Below are positions 15,449 to 23,594 of a stretch of 48,547 nt of DNA, piece by piece. Within the stretch, counting starts at the first letter, position 1; each line of letters opens with the position of its first letter. Source of the DNA: Verrucomicrobiales bacterium (GTDB lineage: Bacteria > Verrucomicrobiota > Verrucomicrobiia > Methylacidiphilales > JAAUTS01); assembly GCA_031265365.1 (NCBI GenBank), contig JAISCS010000109.1, positions 1 to 48,547 of the forward strand, in the 5' to 3' direction. Under the pieces are notes generated by a model, which saw only the letters and a program-made list of their open reading frames with translations, was not told where the DNA came from and did not search any database. The translations under genes and the position numbers were made by a program.

Positions 15449-15916
15449 TTAAAGTTTCCCCTCCGCCTCGGCCAGATAAAACACAAACTCCTCGCCGGTC
15501 TTCGCGCTGAGCAGCTTGTTCCGCAACGCTTCTTCCTTCAACAACCGCGCCAGCGCCCCCACCGCCGCCAAATATTCCGTCACCATCCGCTGCGGCGTGC
15601 CGATGACGAAAATCAAATGCTCCGTCTGGTTCCCCGCCCGCGCGTTGAGCACCCCCGCCACGCTGCAACCCGCCGCCAGCACCATGCCCTTCAGCGCGTC
15701 CGTCCGCGCGTGCGGGAACGCGATGCCGTTGCCCAGGCACGTGCTCTCCAGCTCCTCCCGCGCTCGCAACGCCGCGCTAAACCCGTCGAAATCCGTCAGC
15801 GCCGCGTCACCCCGCAACAGTTCCGCAATCTCCGCCACCGCCCCGTCATGCGCGGCGGATTGCAAACGCAGGTTTACCAGCCACGGTTTCAGTTTCGTTG
15901 AAATTAGCTTCGCCAT
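15449..15916 (-). CDS. ptsN: PTS EIIA, nitrogen-regulatory/fructose-mannitol type
   Basis: 155 aa, ..STCLGNGIAFPHARTDA.. (active-site His context), ..HLIFVIGTP.. and the usual PtsN length. Confidence 0.85.
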   Translation of the reverse strand: MAKLISTKLKPWLVNLRLQSAAHDGAVAEIAELLRGDAALTDFDGFSAALRAREELESTCLGNGIAFPHARTDALKGMVLAAGCSVAGVLNARAGNQTEHLIFVIGTPQRMVTEYLAAVGALARLLKEEALRNKLLSAKTGEEFVFYLAEAEGKL

Positions 15917-15933
15917 AAGGCGGGAATGTTACG

Positions 15934-16812
15934 CTAAATGTTGCTGCCGCTCCACCTTAATTTTTCGCGCAACACTGCGTAAAACCCCGCCCCCGGCAAC
16001 CCCGCCAGCCGCGCCGCCCGCCGCGCGCGCCGGAACTCCAGCCGGTCCCCTGCGCGCAACTTCACGCACCCGATGCCGTCCGTCTCCAGCGCCAGCGGGG
16101 CGTTGCGCGGCGGGAGGTGGACGCTGATGGTCTGGTCGGCCTCCACGATGAGCGGGCGGTTGGTCAGCGTGTGCGCGCACAACGGGTTCAACACCAGCGC
16201 GTTCGCCGTCGGGCTGACCACCGGCCCGCCCGCGGACAAGGAGTACGCCGTCGAGCCGGTCGGCGTGGCGATAATCAACCCGTCGCACAAAAAATCCGTC
16301 AGGTATTCGCCGCCGACGCGCACCTCCAGCCGCACCACGTGGGAGTGGTCGTTGCGCGCGACGACGCCCTCGTTCAGCGCCCAGCCCTGGTACAACACCT
16401 TGCCGCCGCGCACCACCCGGACCGTCAGCGCCAGCCGCTCGCTAATCACATACTCCCCGCGCAACACCCGCGGCACCGCGCGCCCCATCTGCTCTGCCGT
16501 CACCGACGTCAGGAAGCCGAGCTTCCCCGCGTTAATCCCCAGCAACGGCAGCGCCAACCCCTGCGTCCGCCGCGCCGCCCGCAACAACGTCCCGTCGCCG
16601 CCCACCACCATCGCCAAATCCGCCCGCGCCGCCCGCAAATCGCCCAAGCTGCCGCCCACCGTGCCCTCGGCCACGGTGTACTCCTGCTCCAGCCAAGTCG
16701 CGGCCACCCGCTGTTGTTTCAGGATGCGGGCCAACTCCGCCGCCACCGCCGCCGCGTCGTCCTTGTCCTTGCTGACCAGCGCCAGCACCCGCCTGATTTT
16801 TTTATGTGTCAT
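15934..16812 (-). CDS. nadK: NAD(+) kinase
   Basis: DLAMVVGGDGTLLRAAR, LLGINAGKLGFLT, NEGVV, PTGSTAYSLSAGGP. Start at ATG 16812 (MTHKKIRR..); the track N-terminal extension runs through an intergenic repeat. Confidence 0.9.
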   Translation of the reverse strand: MTHKKIRRVLALVSKDKDDAAAVAAELARILKQQRVAATWLEQEYTVAEGTVGGSLGDLRAARADLAMVVGGDGTLLRAARRTQGLALPLLGINAGKLGFLTSVTAEQMGRAVPRVLRGEYVISERLALTVRVVRGGKVLYQGWALNEGVVARNDHSHVVRLEVRVGGEYLTDFLCDGLIIATPTGSTAYSLSAGGPVVSPTANALVLNPLCAHTLTNRPLIVEADQTISVHLPPRNAPLALETDGIGCVKLRAGDRLEFRRARRAARLAGLPGAGFYAVLREKLRWSGSNI

Positions 16813-16860
16813 GGGAAGACTTTTGCACCCCACCGGCCAACTGCAAAGCAAAATATGATG

Positions 16861-16925
16861 TTCGCGCAGAGCCGCGGAGCCGCAGAGTTTTTTTGTTAAT
16901 AAATTCTCCGCGTCTCTGCGCGAAC
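16861..16925. repeat. Family-D short GC-rich motif arranged as a hairpin (ttcgcgcagag.cgcggag / ctccgcgtctctgcgcgaa)
   Basis: 16861-16879 is the reverse complement, with one mismatch, of 16906-16924. The same 20-mer ctccgcgtctctgcgcgaac recurs at 21860-21879. Variants lie near 5903, 42543 and 45738. Confidence 0.7.
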
Positions 16926-16941
16926 CTTGTTTTTGCAATCC

Positions 16942-17586
16942 CTACACCCCCCGCTGCTGCCGGGGCCAGATATATTTGTGCAACTGCAACTGCATCCGCA
17001 CCGGCAGACGGTCGGCGAGCAGCCACTCCGCCAGTTGACGCGGGTCAAGCCGCCCGCTGACCGTGGAAAACAACACCGCGCGCGCCTTGCCGGCCAAATC
17101 ATGCCGCCGCACCTGCTCCCGCGCCCACTCATAATCAGCGCGCGAGGCGAGCACGCATTTGACCTCGTCGCTGGCGGTCAGGCTGGCGAGGTTCGCCCAG
17201 CGATTCCGCCCGCACATCCCGCTGTCGGGACATTTCAAATCCACGATGCGTATCACGCGCGGGTCAACGCCGGCGATGTCACAGTGCCCGCCGGTCTCCA
17301 GCAACACCTCATAACCCCGCTCCACCAACGCCGTCAACAACAGCGGCGTGCCGGCCTGCAACAACGGCTCGCCGCCGGTCACCTCGACCAGCGGGCAATC
17401 ATACCGCGCCACCGCCGCGAGGATTTCCCCCACCGACAGCGGCGCGCCCTCATGATAAGCGTAAGCCGTGTCGCACCACACGCAGCGCAAATCGCAACCG
17501 GTGAGCCGGACAAACACGCAAGGCCGCCCCGCGAAGGTACTTTCGCCCTGGATACTATGGAAAATTTCATTAACCGTCAGCGTCAT
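16942..17586 (-). CDS. queE: 7-carboxy-7-deazaguanine synthase (radical SAM)
   Basis: MTLTVNEIFHSIQGESTFAGRPCVFVRLTGCDLRCVWCDTAYAY is the canonical QueE N-terminus with the CxxxCxxC-type cluster. Confidence 0.9.
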   Translation of the reverse strand: MTLTVNEIFHSIQGESTFAGRPCVFVRLTGCDLRCVWCDTAYAYHEGAPLSVGEILAAVARYDCPLVEVTGGEPLLQAGTPLLLTALVERGYEVLLETGGHCDIAGVDPRVIRIVDLKCPDSGMCGRNRWANLASLTASDEVKCVLASRADYEWAREQVRRHDLAGKARAVLFSTVSGRLDPRQLAEWLLADRLPVRMQLQLHKYIWPRQQRGV

Positions 17587-17593
17587 GGCCTAA

Positions 17594-17676
17594 GAATCTC
17601 GCGCAAAGCCGCCAAGCCGCAAAGAAAATTAACTTAAAAAACAAACTTGGCGTCTTGGCGTCTTTGCGCGAGATTC
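17594..17676. terminator. Long imperfect hairpin 3' of exbD (candidate terminator; related to family-D motifs)
   Basis: gaatctcgcgcaaagccgccaagccgcaaag ... ctttgcgcgagattc (right arm within cttggcgtcttggcgtctttgcgcgagattc). The right arm overlaps the exbD stop codon at 17675-17677. Confidence 0.55.
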
Positions 17677-18094
17677 AAGGCTCTGATTTCTCCGTGCGAA
17701 TGATGAGCCGCTCAATCCCCAGCGCCCGCGCCGCGTCCAACACCTCGACCACCTTGCCAAAATCACAACCGTAATCGCCCTGCAAAATGACCCGCCCCTC
17801 CGGCGCCGCCTGCCGCCACTCCGCCAACCGCGCCTTGAGCTGCCCCAGCGACACCGGCGCGCGGCCCTCGAAGATTTGCCCGTCGCGATTGACGCTGACA
17901 GTCAGCTCCTCCGGCTGCGCGTCCACGCCGCTGGCCGTGCCCATCTTCGGCAACTTCACCTCAACGCCGGCGTTGTGGAGCATCGTCAGCGACACCATCA
18001 TGAACGTTGCCAGCAGGAAAAACATCACGTCAATGAACGGGATGATTTCCAGCCGCGGCCTGACCCGCGCCCAAGGTGTTGGCAAGCGCGCCAT
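17675..18094 (-). CDS. exbD: ExbD/TolR family biopolymer transport protein
   Basis: ..EIIPFIDVMFFLLATFMMVS..VEVKLPK.. has a single N-terminal TM plus a periplasmic domain. It lies immediately downstream of exbB. Confidence 0.85.
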   Translation of the reverse strand: MARLPTPWARVRPRLEIIPFIDVMFFLLATFMMVSLTMLHNAGVEVKLPKMGTASGVDAQPEELTVSVNRDGQIFEGRAPVSLGQLKARLAEWRQAAPEGRVILQGDYGCDFGKVVEVLDAARALGIERLIIRTEKSEP

Positions 18095-18095
18095 G

Positions 18096-18698
18096 TCACG
18101 CCCCCGCCTTCACCAGCGTTTCCAGCCGCGTCATCGCCGACTCCAGCCGGCGGCGGATTTTCTCCAGCCGCGAGCTGAGCCAATTCAGCGGCACGATGGC
18201 GATAATGGCCACCGCCAGCCCGAAACACACGGCAATCAAACACTCCGAAATACTGCCGGTGATGGCCAGCTCATTGTCAGCGATGGCGCCGCCGCCGACT
18301 ACGTTGAACGCGCGAATCATGCCGATGACCGTGCCGAGCAACCCCAGCAGCGGGCCGAGCGTGACGGCGGTGTCGAGCACGACCAGGCCGCGATTATTGC
18401 GGTCAAGCTCGGCACTGGCGGCCTCCAGCATGGTCTCCGTCAGCGAGGTCTCGCGGTGTTTCAACCCCTCGACCAGCACGCGCGCCACCAAGTCAGCGGA
18501 GCGTTCCCCCGCGCGAATGGCGGCGGCGATGTCGTGTTGTTCCGCGAGGTGGAAGATATTTTGCACCGCCGTGTTATCGCGCCGCGCCGACTGCGCCAGC
18601 ATAAAAATCCCGCGCTCGATAATCACGCCGACGGTCACGATGGACAGCGCCAAGATTGGCCACATAATCGGCCCGCCCTTGAGAAATAGTTCAATCAT
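18096..18698 (-). CDS. exbB: MotA/TolQ/ExbB proton-channel protein
   Basis: MIELFLKGGPIMWPILALSIVTVGVIIER.. and ..LGPLLGLLGTVIGMIRAF... Start at ATG 18698. Confidence 0.85.
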   Translation of the reverse strand: MIELFLKGGPIMWPILALSIVTVGVIIERGIFMLAQSARRDNTAVQNIFHLAEQHDIAAAIRAGERSADLVARVLVEGLKHRETSLTETMLEAASAELDRNNRGLVVLDTAVTLGPLLGLLGTVIGMIRAFNVVGGGAIADNELAITGSISECLIAVCFGLAVAIIAIVPLNWLSSRLEKIRRRLESAMTRLETLVKAGA

Positions 18699-18728
18699 GC
18701 GGCGGGGATTTAAGCAGTTCCAACGCAA

Positions 18729-18857
18729 AACTCAAATCTCAAATCGCAAAACCACAACGCAAAAGGCAAAACTCGCTGGCGCTATTTGGCGAAGTGCCAT
18801 CCCGCGCCAGCGAGTTTTGAATTAGCCGTTGTGGTTTTGCGCCTTGAGTTTTGAGTT
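18729..18857. repeat. Imperfect inverted repeat of about 130 bp (about 54-nt arms, 21-nt centre)
   Basis: Left arm aactcaaatctcaaatcgcaaaaccacaacgcaaaaggcaaaactcgctggcgc. Right arm gcgccagcgagttttgaattagccgttgtggttttgcgccttgagttttgagtt. The centre and right arm cover the last ~25 codons of fur. Confidence 0.8.
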
Positions 18858-19222
18858 AAACACCCCCAGCACGCCCCGTACAACGTAATCTCATGCCCGT
18901 CCATGACGAAGCCCTTCGGCACCATCCGGCGGATGGAACCCGCGCAAGCGTGTACCTCAAACACCTTCCGGCACCGGCGGCACACGAAATGATGATGATG
19001 CCGCTTCCCCGCCAGTTCATAACGCGGCGCCTCCCCCGGCAGCGCCACCAGCCGCAACACCTTTTCCCGCGCCAGCGCGTTCAACGTCCGGTACACCGTC
19101 GCCAGGCTCAGCGACCGCGCACGGCGGCGCGCCAGCCGCAACACCTCCGCCGGCAGCAGCGGCGCCTCGTGCCGCTCAAACACCAGCCGGATGGCCTCCC
19201 GTTGCTTGGTCTCGCGTTGCAT
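18782..19222 (-). CDS. fur: Fur-family metalloregulator
   Basis: ..LSLATVYRTLNALAREKVL.., HHHHFVCRRCRKVFEV, ..LYGACWGC (two CxxC pairs). Located upstream of exbB-exbD. The C-terminal ~25 aa are encoded by the inverted repeat. Confidence 0.85.
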   Translation of the reverse strand: MQRETKQREAIRLVFERHEAPLLPAEVLRLARRRARSLSLATVYRTLNALAREKVLRLVALPGEAPRYELAGKRHHHHFVCRRCRKVFEVHACAGSIRRMVPKGFVMDGHEITLYGACWGCLTQNSRRKTTTANSKLAGAGWHFAK

Positions 19223-19298
19223 GACGACAACCTAGCAAAAACGACCGGCGATTCCAGCTTGAAAAAGCGCACGAAGACCCTACAGTGTTCCGCCAAGC

Positions 19299-19754
19299 AT
19301 GATTGCCAAGAAAAAAGCCCCGCGCCGCCGCCCGCGTCGCCGCATTCCGCCGACCAAGGACATTTCCGTCATGGCGTGGATTGAAGACCCTTACGGCCAG
19401 GTGCTCATGGTCAAGCAAGCCTGCGGCAAAAAACTTTGGGCCATGCCCGGCGGCAAAGTCAAGCGCAGCGAGTCGCTCCTCGTCGCGCTCAAACGCGAAA
19501 TCTTGGAGGAAACCGGCCATCGCGTCGCCCACGCCACGCTGATTGATTTGTTTGACCGGCCCGCCAAGGGCCAGTTCGCCCTGCTCTACCGCGTCCTACT
19601 CCGCCGCGAAAACATCCGCCCGCCCCGCCGCGACGAAATCAGCGCCCTCGCCTACTACGGCAAAGCGCCGCGCAACTCCACCCCGTCCGCCAAATTTTTC
19701 TGGAAACGCGCGCTGGCCAGTTTTGAGCCACTGAGCATCATCAAAAAAATATGA
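19299..19754 (+). CDS. NUDIX hydrolase
   Basis: Nudix box GGKVKRSESLLVALKREILEETG. It has a basic N-terminal tail. ATG start at 19299. Confidence 0.85.
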   Translation: MIAKKKAPRRRPRRRIPPTKDISVMAWIEDPYGQVLMVKQACGKKLWAMPGGKVKRSESLLVALKREILEETGHRVAHATLIDLFDRPAKGQFALLYRVLLRRENIRPPRRDEISALAYYGKAPRNSTPSAKFFWKRALASFEPLSIIKKI

Positions 19755-20413
19755 ACAAATCCGCCTTCACCATGATTGAACTGCTGGTCGTCGTCGCCAT
19801 CATGGGCATCCTCACCGCCATTGCCATCCCGTCCCTGCGCGGCTGGCGCGGGAGCCAGACCGTCAACTCGGCCGTCATCACCATCAGCGGCATCCTGAAC
19901 AACGCGCGACAGGAAGCCATCACCAAAAACACATACGTGTACGTCGCCCTCGGCAACACCCGCGACAACGCTGGCCGTGACATCCTCTGGCTCGTCACCT
20001 TCAGCCCCGACGACGTCACCCAGTGCCTCGATTGGCAACCCGAGCCGGCCCTCAATCTCCCCGTCAGCGGCTGGCAACTCACCACCGCCCCGCGCTCTTT
20101 CCCCAACCTTTTGCTGAAAAACAGCGGTGAACTCACCCCCGCCAGCCTGTCCGACGCTGCCGTTGACAACCCCAACATCAACTCCCTCGCCGAAGCCGCC
20201 ATCACTGTCAGCGTCGGCGCCAGGCGCACTGGCGTGACGCTCAGCCGCCTGTTCGTCTTCACCCCCGGCGGCCAAGCCATGTCGGAAGCGGAGTTGAATC
20301 AATACCTGGAATTTGGCCTCGTCAGCGCGCAAGACAAAACCAGCCCGCCCAAAGACCCCGCCGTCTTCCGCATCAGCGGCAACCTCGGCATCATCACCGT
20401 CTATCGCAACTGA
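19751..20413 (+). CDS. Prepilin-type N-terminal cleavage/methylation domain protein (GspH/FimT-like pseudopilin)
   Basis: MNKSAFTMIELLVVVAIMGILTAIAIPSL is the class III signal/methylation motif. ATGA overlap with the NUDIX gene stop. Confidence 0.85.
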   Translation: MNKSAFTMIELLVVVAIMGILTAIAIPSLRGWRGSQTVNSAVITISGILNNARQEAITKNTYVYVALGNTRDNAGRDILWLVTFSPDDVTQCLDWQPEPALNLPVSGWQLTTAPRSFPNLLLKNSGELTPASLSDAAVDNPNINSLAEAAITVSVGARRTGVTLSRLFVFTPGGQAMSEAELNQYLEFGLVSAQDKTSPPKDPAVFRISGNLGIITVYRN

Positions 20414-20418
20414 CTGCT

Positions 20419-20482
20419 GGGAAAGCGGAAAACAGAAAGTTAAAATATTTCAACTTTCAAATTTCAGCTTTCTGCTTTTGGC
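20419..20482. repeat. Family-C hairpin repeat, copy 2 (between convergent genes; candidate bidirectional terminator)
   Basis: ggaaagcggaaaacagaaagttaaaatatttcaactttcaaatttcagctttctgcttttgg. It overlaps the last codons of the VanZ gene. Confidence 0.65.
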
Positions 20483-20869
20483 CAATAACGAACGAACCAT
20501 CGTCAGCACCCCGACGCCCGCCATCCCGCTGACGGTGTCAATCACCCAATCCCGCACCGCCGGGTCACGACCGGGCGTGAACGATTGGTGCCATTCATCC
20601 GTCGCCCCGTAAAACGACACCGCCACGACGCTGACCATGATGATTTTTTTCCAACTCCATTGCGTGCTGAACCGCAAGCCCAGCGCCAGAATCGCCGCCC
20701 CTGAACTGTAGGCCGCGAAATGCCCCAGCTTGTGCAACACAAACGTCGGCAAGTACGGCTCCATCTCCTCGTCGGTCATTGACGAGGCGTAAAACACCGC
20801 CCCCAGCCAAGTGACAAACAGCGTCCACCACAACCACCGGCGGCGCAACATATACCACAGCGTTCTCAT
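20450..20869 (-). CDS. VanZ-like family membrane protein
   Basis: ..HKLGHFAAYS..YGATDEWHQSFTPGRDPAVRDWVIDT.. is the typical VanZ core. It has 4 predicted TM segments. Confidence 0.8.
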   Translation of the reverse strand: MRTLWYMLRRRWLWWTLFVTWLGAVFYASSMTDEEMEPYLPTFVLHKLGHFAAYSSGAAILALGLRFSTQWSWKKIIMVSVVAVSFYGATDEWHQSFTPGRDPAVRDWVIDTVSGMAGVGVLTMVRSLLAKSRKLKFES

Positions 20870-20872
20870 ACC

Positions 20873-21517
20873 TTAAAACGAAAACTCCACCGCCCGCAAA
20901 AACGCCCGCGTGATGAGCGTCTCCCCGACCACATTCGGATGCACCCGGTCCAGCGCGATTTCCATCGGATGCAAATGCCGCAACAATTCGTCAAACTCCG
21001 CCTGCAAATCCACGAAAATCGCGTCATGCTTCGCCGCCAACTCGCGCACCGCCGCGCCGTATCCGTCCATCATCTTGCGCATTGGCTCGTCCTTGTTCGG
21101 GTCGACGAAATACGGCGCCAGCAACACCAGCCCCCGCAAGCGCGGGCGCGTCACCATCAACAACTCGTCATAAATCGCGCGGAACTCCGCCAGCGGCACA
21201 TGCGTCTCCGGCTGCAAGGGCCGCTCAATCTGCCGCCACACATCGTTAATGCCGATGAGCACACCCAGCCAGTCCGGTTGCAAATCCAGCACATCCGTCT
21301 GCCAGCGCGCCTGCAAATCCCGCACCGTATCGCCGCTACACCCCATATTAATCACGCGAATACGCCGTTCCGGGCACCGCGCGCCGAGCCAGCCGAAAAC
21401 ATTGGACGGATAAATCGTCCCCACGCCACCCGCCCCATCGCCCACCGGCCGCGCCCGTCCGCCATCCGTGATGGAATCGCCGATCAACACCAACTTGGAA
21501 TTTTCCGCAATTTTCAT
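20873..21517 (-). CDS. SGNH/GDSL-family hydrolase
   Basis: Block I LVLIGDSITDGG, then ..GCSGDT.., ..IGINDV.. and the C-terminal ..DRVHPN.. (D-x-x-H). Confidence 0.85.
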   Translation of the reverse strand: MKIAENSKLVLIGDSITDGGRARPVGDGAGGVGTIYPSNVFGWLGARCPERRIRVINMGCSGDTVRDLQARWQTDVLDLQPDWLGVLIGINDVWRQIERPLQPETHVPLAEFRAIYDELLMVTRPRLRGLVLLAPYFVDPNKDEPMRKMMDGYGAAVRELAAKHDAIFVDLQAEFDELLRHLHPMEIALDRVHPNVVGETLITRAFLRAVEFSF

Positions 21518-21569
21518 GAAGAGCCAAGGTAGCGGAACCCCGGCGTTTGGAAATGGGAAAATGGATATT

Positions 21570-21692
21570 AATTCCCCTTCCGTGAAGGGGTGGCGCGGAG
21601 CGACAGGGTAGTTCAGCGTTCTGCGCTCTTTCCCTTGAAACGCTGAACTACCCCGTCCGCTTGCGCGGCCACCCCTTCACGGAAGGGGAATT
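21570..21692. repeat. Family-A element, core only
   Basis: aattccccttccgtgaaggggtggcgcggagcgacagggtagttcagcgtt - 22-nt centre - aacgctgaactaccccgtccgcttgcgcggccaccccttcacggaaggggaatt. Confidence 0.9.
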
Positions 21693-21895
21693 AGCGACGC
21701 CGCGCGCAAAGGGCATACTCGCGGGTCTCCAACCCGCGCTCCCCAGCTTGCACCTCGCGCCAAGCGGTCGCCGAGGACCAAGTCGGCGGTCGTTGATTAG
21801 CACTAATCAGTCGCTGCCGACCAAGCCATTAACCGTTAATTAACACTAATCGTAAAAAACTCCGCGTCTCTGCGCGAACACTCTATTTCTAGCGG

Positions 21896-23212
21896 TCAAC
21901 CGCGGTGGATATAAGTATTCAGCAGGTTCTCCAAGTACTCCTGCCTGCCGCTGCGGAGCTTGGGTTCGCCGAGCTTGAAGGCGATTTGCTCCAGTTCCTT
22001 GAAACTCGTCTTGCCCTGCTCGATGGCCCGGCCAAACCCGCTGTCGAAGGTCGCATACCGGTCGGCGACGAATTGCTCGAACTTGCCCTCGGCGAGGATT
22101 TGCCGCGCGAGCTTGAACGCCAGCGCGTAGGCGTCCATGCCGCCGATGTGCGCGTGGAACAAGTCCTCGATGTCCACGGATGGCCGGCGCAGCTTGGCGT
22201 CGAAGTTGAAACCGCCGCTGCCGAGGCCGCCGGCGCGCAAGATGGAGACCATCGCCAGGGTCAACTCCTTGACGTCGGTGTTGAACTGGTCGGTGTCCCA
22301 GCCGATGAGCGTGTCGCCCGTGTTCGCGTCAATCGAGCCGAGCAATCCGACCGCCGCCGCCACCTCGATTTCGTGCTGGAAGGTGTGGCCGGCCAGCGTG
22401 GCGTGGTTGGTCTCGATGTTGAACTTGAAGTGTTGGTCCAACCCGAAGGTTTTGAGGAACGCGATGCCGCTGGCCACGTCGAAGTCATACTGATGCTTGG
22501 TCGGCTCCTTCGGCTTCGGCTCGATGAGGAACTGGCCCTTGAAGCCGATGGCCTTCGCGTAATCCACCGCCAAGTGCAGGAACGCGGCGAGGTGCGCCTG
22601 CTCGCGCTTGAGGTTGGTGTTCAGCAGCGTGTCGTAACCCTCGCGGCCGCCCCAGAAGACGTAGTTCTCGCCGCCGAGTTCCTTGGTGACTTCCAGCGCC
22701 TTCTTGACCTGGGCGGCGGCGTAGGCGAAGACGTGCGCGTCGGGGTTCGTCGCGGCGCCGTTCATGAAGCGCGGGTTGCCGAACAAATTGGCGGTGCCCC
22801 ACAACAACCTGACGCCGGTGGCCTGTTGCAACTGCTTGAAGTGGGCGACGATTTTGTCGAGGCGCTGGTTGGACTCGCGCAACGAGCGGCCCTCGGGCGC
22901 GATGTCGCGGTCATGGAAGCAGTAGAACGGCGCCTCGATTTTCTGGAAAAACTCGAACGCCACGTCGGCGCGTTTCTTGGCGACGCTGATGGCATCCTTG
23001 CCGGTCTCCCACGGGCGGACGATGGTGCCGGGGCCGAACGGGTCGCCGCCGGTGCCACGGAACGAGTGCCAGTAGGCGATGGAGAACCGCAGATGGTCCT
23101 TCAAGGTTTTGCCGTCAATCAGCTCGGCGGGATTGTAGTGTTTGAAGCTCAACGGGGTTTCGCTAGTCGGCCCCGCGTAGTTGATTTTGCCAATTTTGAG
23201 GAGGTTTTGCAT
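21896..23212 (-). CDS. xylA: Xylose isomerase
   Basis: 438 aa. ..[25 protein letters not shown].., [37 protein letters not shown] are canonical XylA blocks. Confidence 0.95.
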   Translation of the reverse strand: MQNLLKIGKINYAGPTSETPLSFKHYNPAELIDGKTLKDHLRFSIAYWHSFRGTGGDPFGPGTIVRPWETGKDAISVAKKRADVAFEFFQKIEAPFYCFHDRDIAPEGRSLRESNQRLDKIVAHFKQLQQATGVRLLWGTANLFGNPRFMNGAATNPDAHVFAYAAAQVKKALEVTKELGGENYVFWGGREGYDTLLNTNLKREQAHLAAFLHLAVDYAKAIGFKGQFLIEPKPKEPTKHQYDFDVASGIAFLKTFGLDQHFKFNIETNHATLAGHTFQHEIEVAAAVGLLGSIDANTGDTLIGWDTDQFNTDVKELTLAMVSILRAGGLGSGGFNFDAKLRRPSVDIEDLFHAHIGGMDAYALAFKLARQILAEGKFEQFVADRYATFDSGFGRAIEQGKTSFKELEQIAFKLGEPKLRSGRQEYLENLLNTYIHRG

Positions 23213-23342
23213 AGGGGCACAACGCTAACGCAAAGAGGCGGGGACGGCAAAGGTATTTTACATATTGGTAGTACGTTAGTTTGTGGAAATTAACGCAAAG
23301 GCGCAAAGGAGCAAAGACGCAAAGGATTGTGGAAGCAGATTG

Positions 23343-23558
23343 CCCCGCAGGGGCTGAACCATGAATAACCATGGGTGCAGCGAGGTCTGCCGAGCAGAAC
23401 CCACGGATAAATAAAGAGCACCGGCGTCCCCGCAGGGGGCGAACTAGGCGCGGTTCACCCCCTGCGGGGACGCCGTGGCTTACTATATCTGAGCCGTGGG
23501 TTCCGGGTCAGCAGACTGATCCTTCACCCACGGTTATTCATGGTTCAGCCCCTGCGGG
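23343..23558. repeat. Nested long hairpin element of about 216 bp (about 105-nt arms)
   Basis: Outer arms ccccgcaggggctgaaccatgaataaccatgggtg / cacccacggttattcatggttcagcccctgcggg. The inner perfect 17-bp stem is ggcgtccccgcaggggg (23424-23440) / ccccctgcggggacgcc (23457-23473). The arms are roughly three-quarters complementary overall. Confidence 0.85.
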
Positions 23559-23594
23559 ACAAAGGCCGCGCCCCGGCCAATGGGATGAAATATC

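Noticed and set aside
14849-15901. 350-aa plus-strand ORF spanning the family-A repeat, the 42-bp array and the antisense of ptsN
   Set aside because: It is a read-through of repeats and antisense of a well-supported gene, with a Pro/Arg-rich product.
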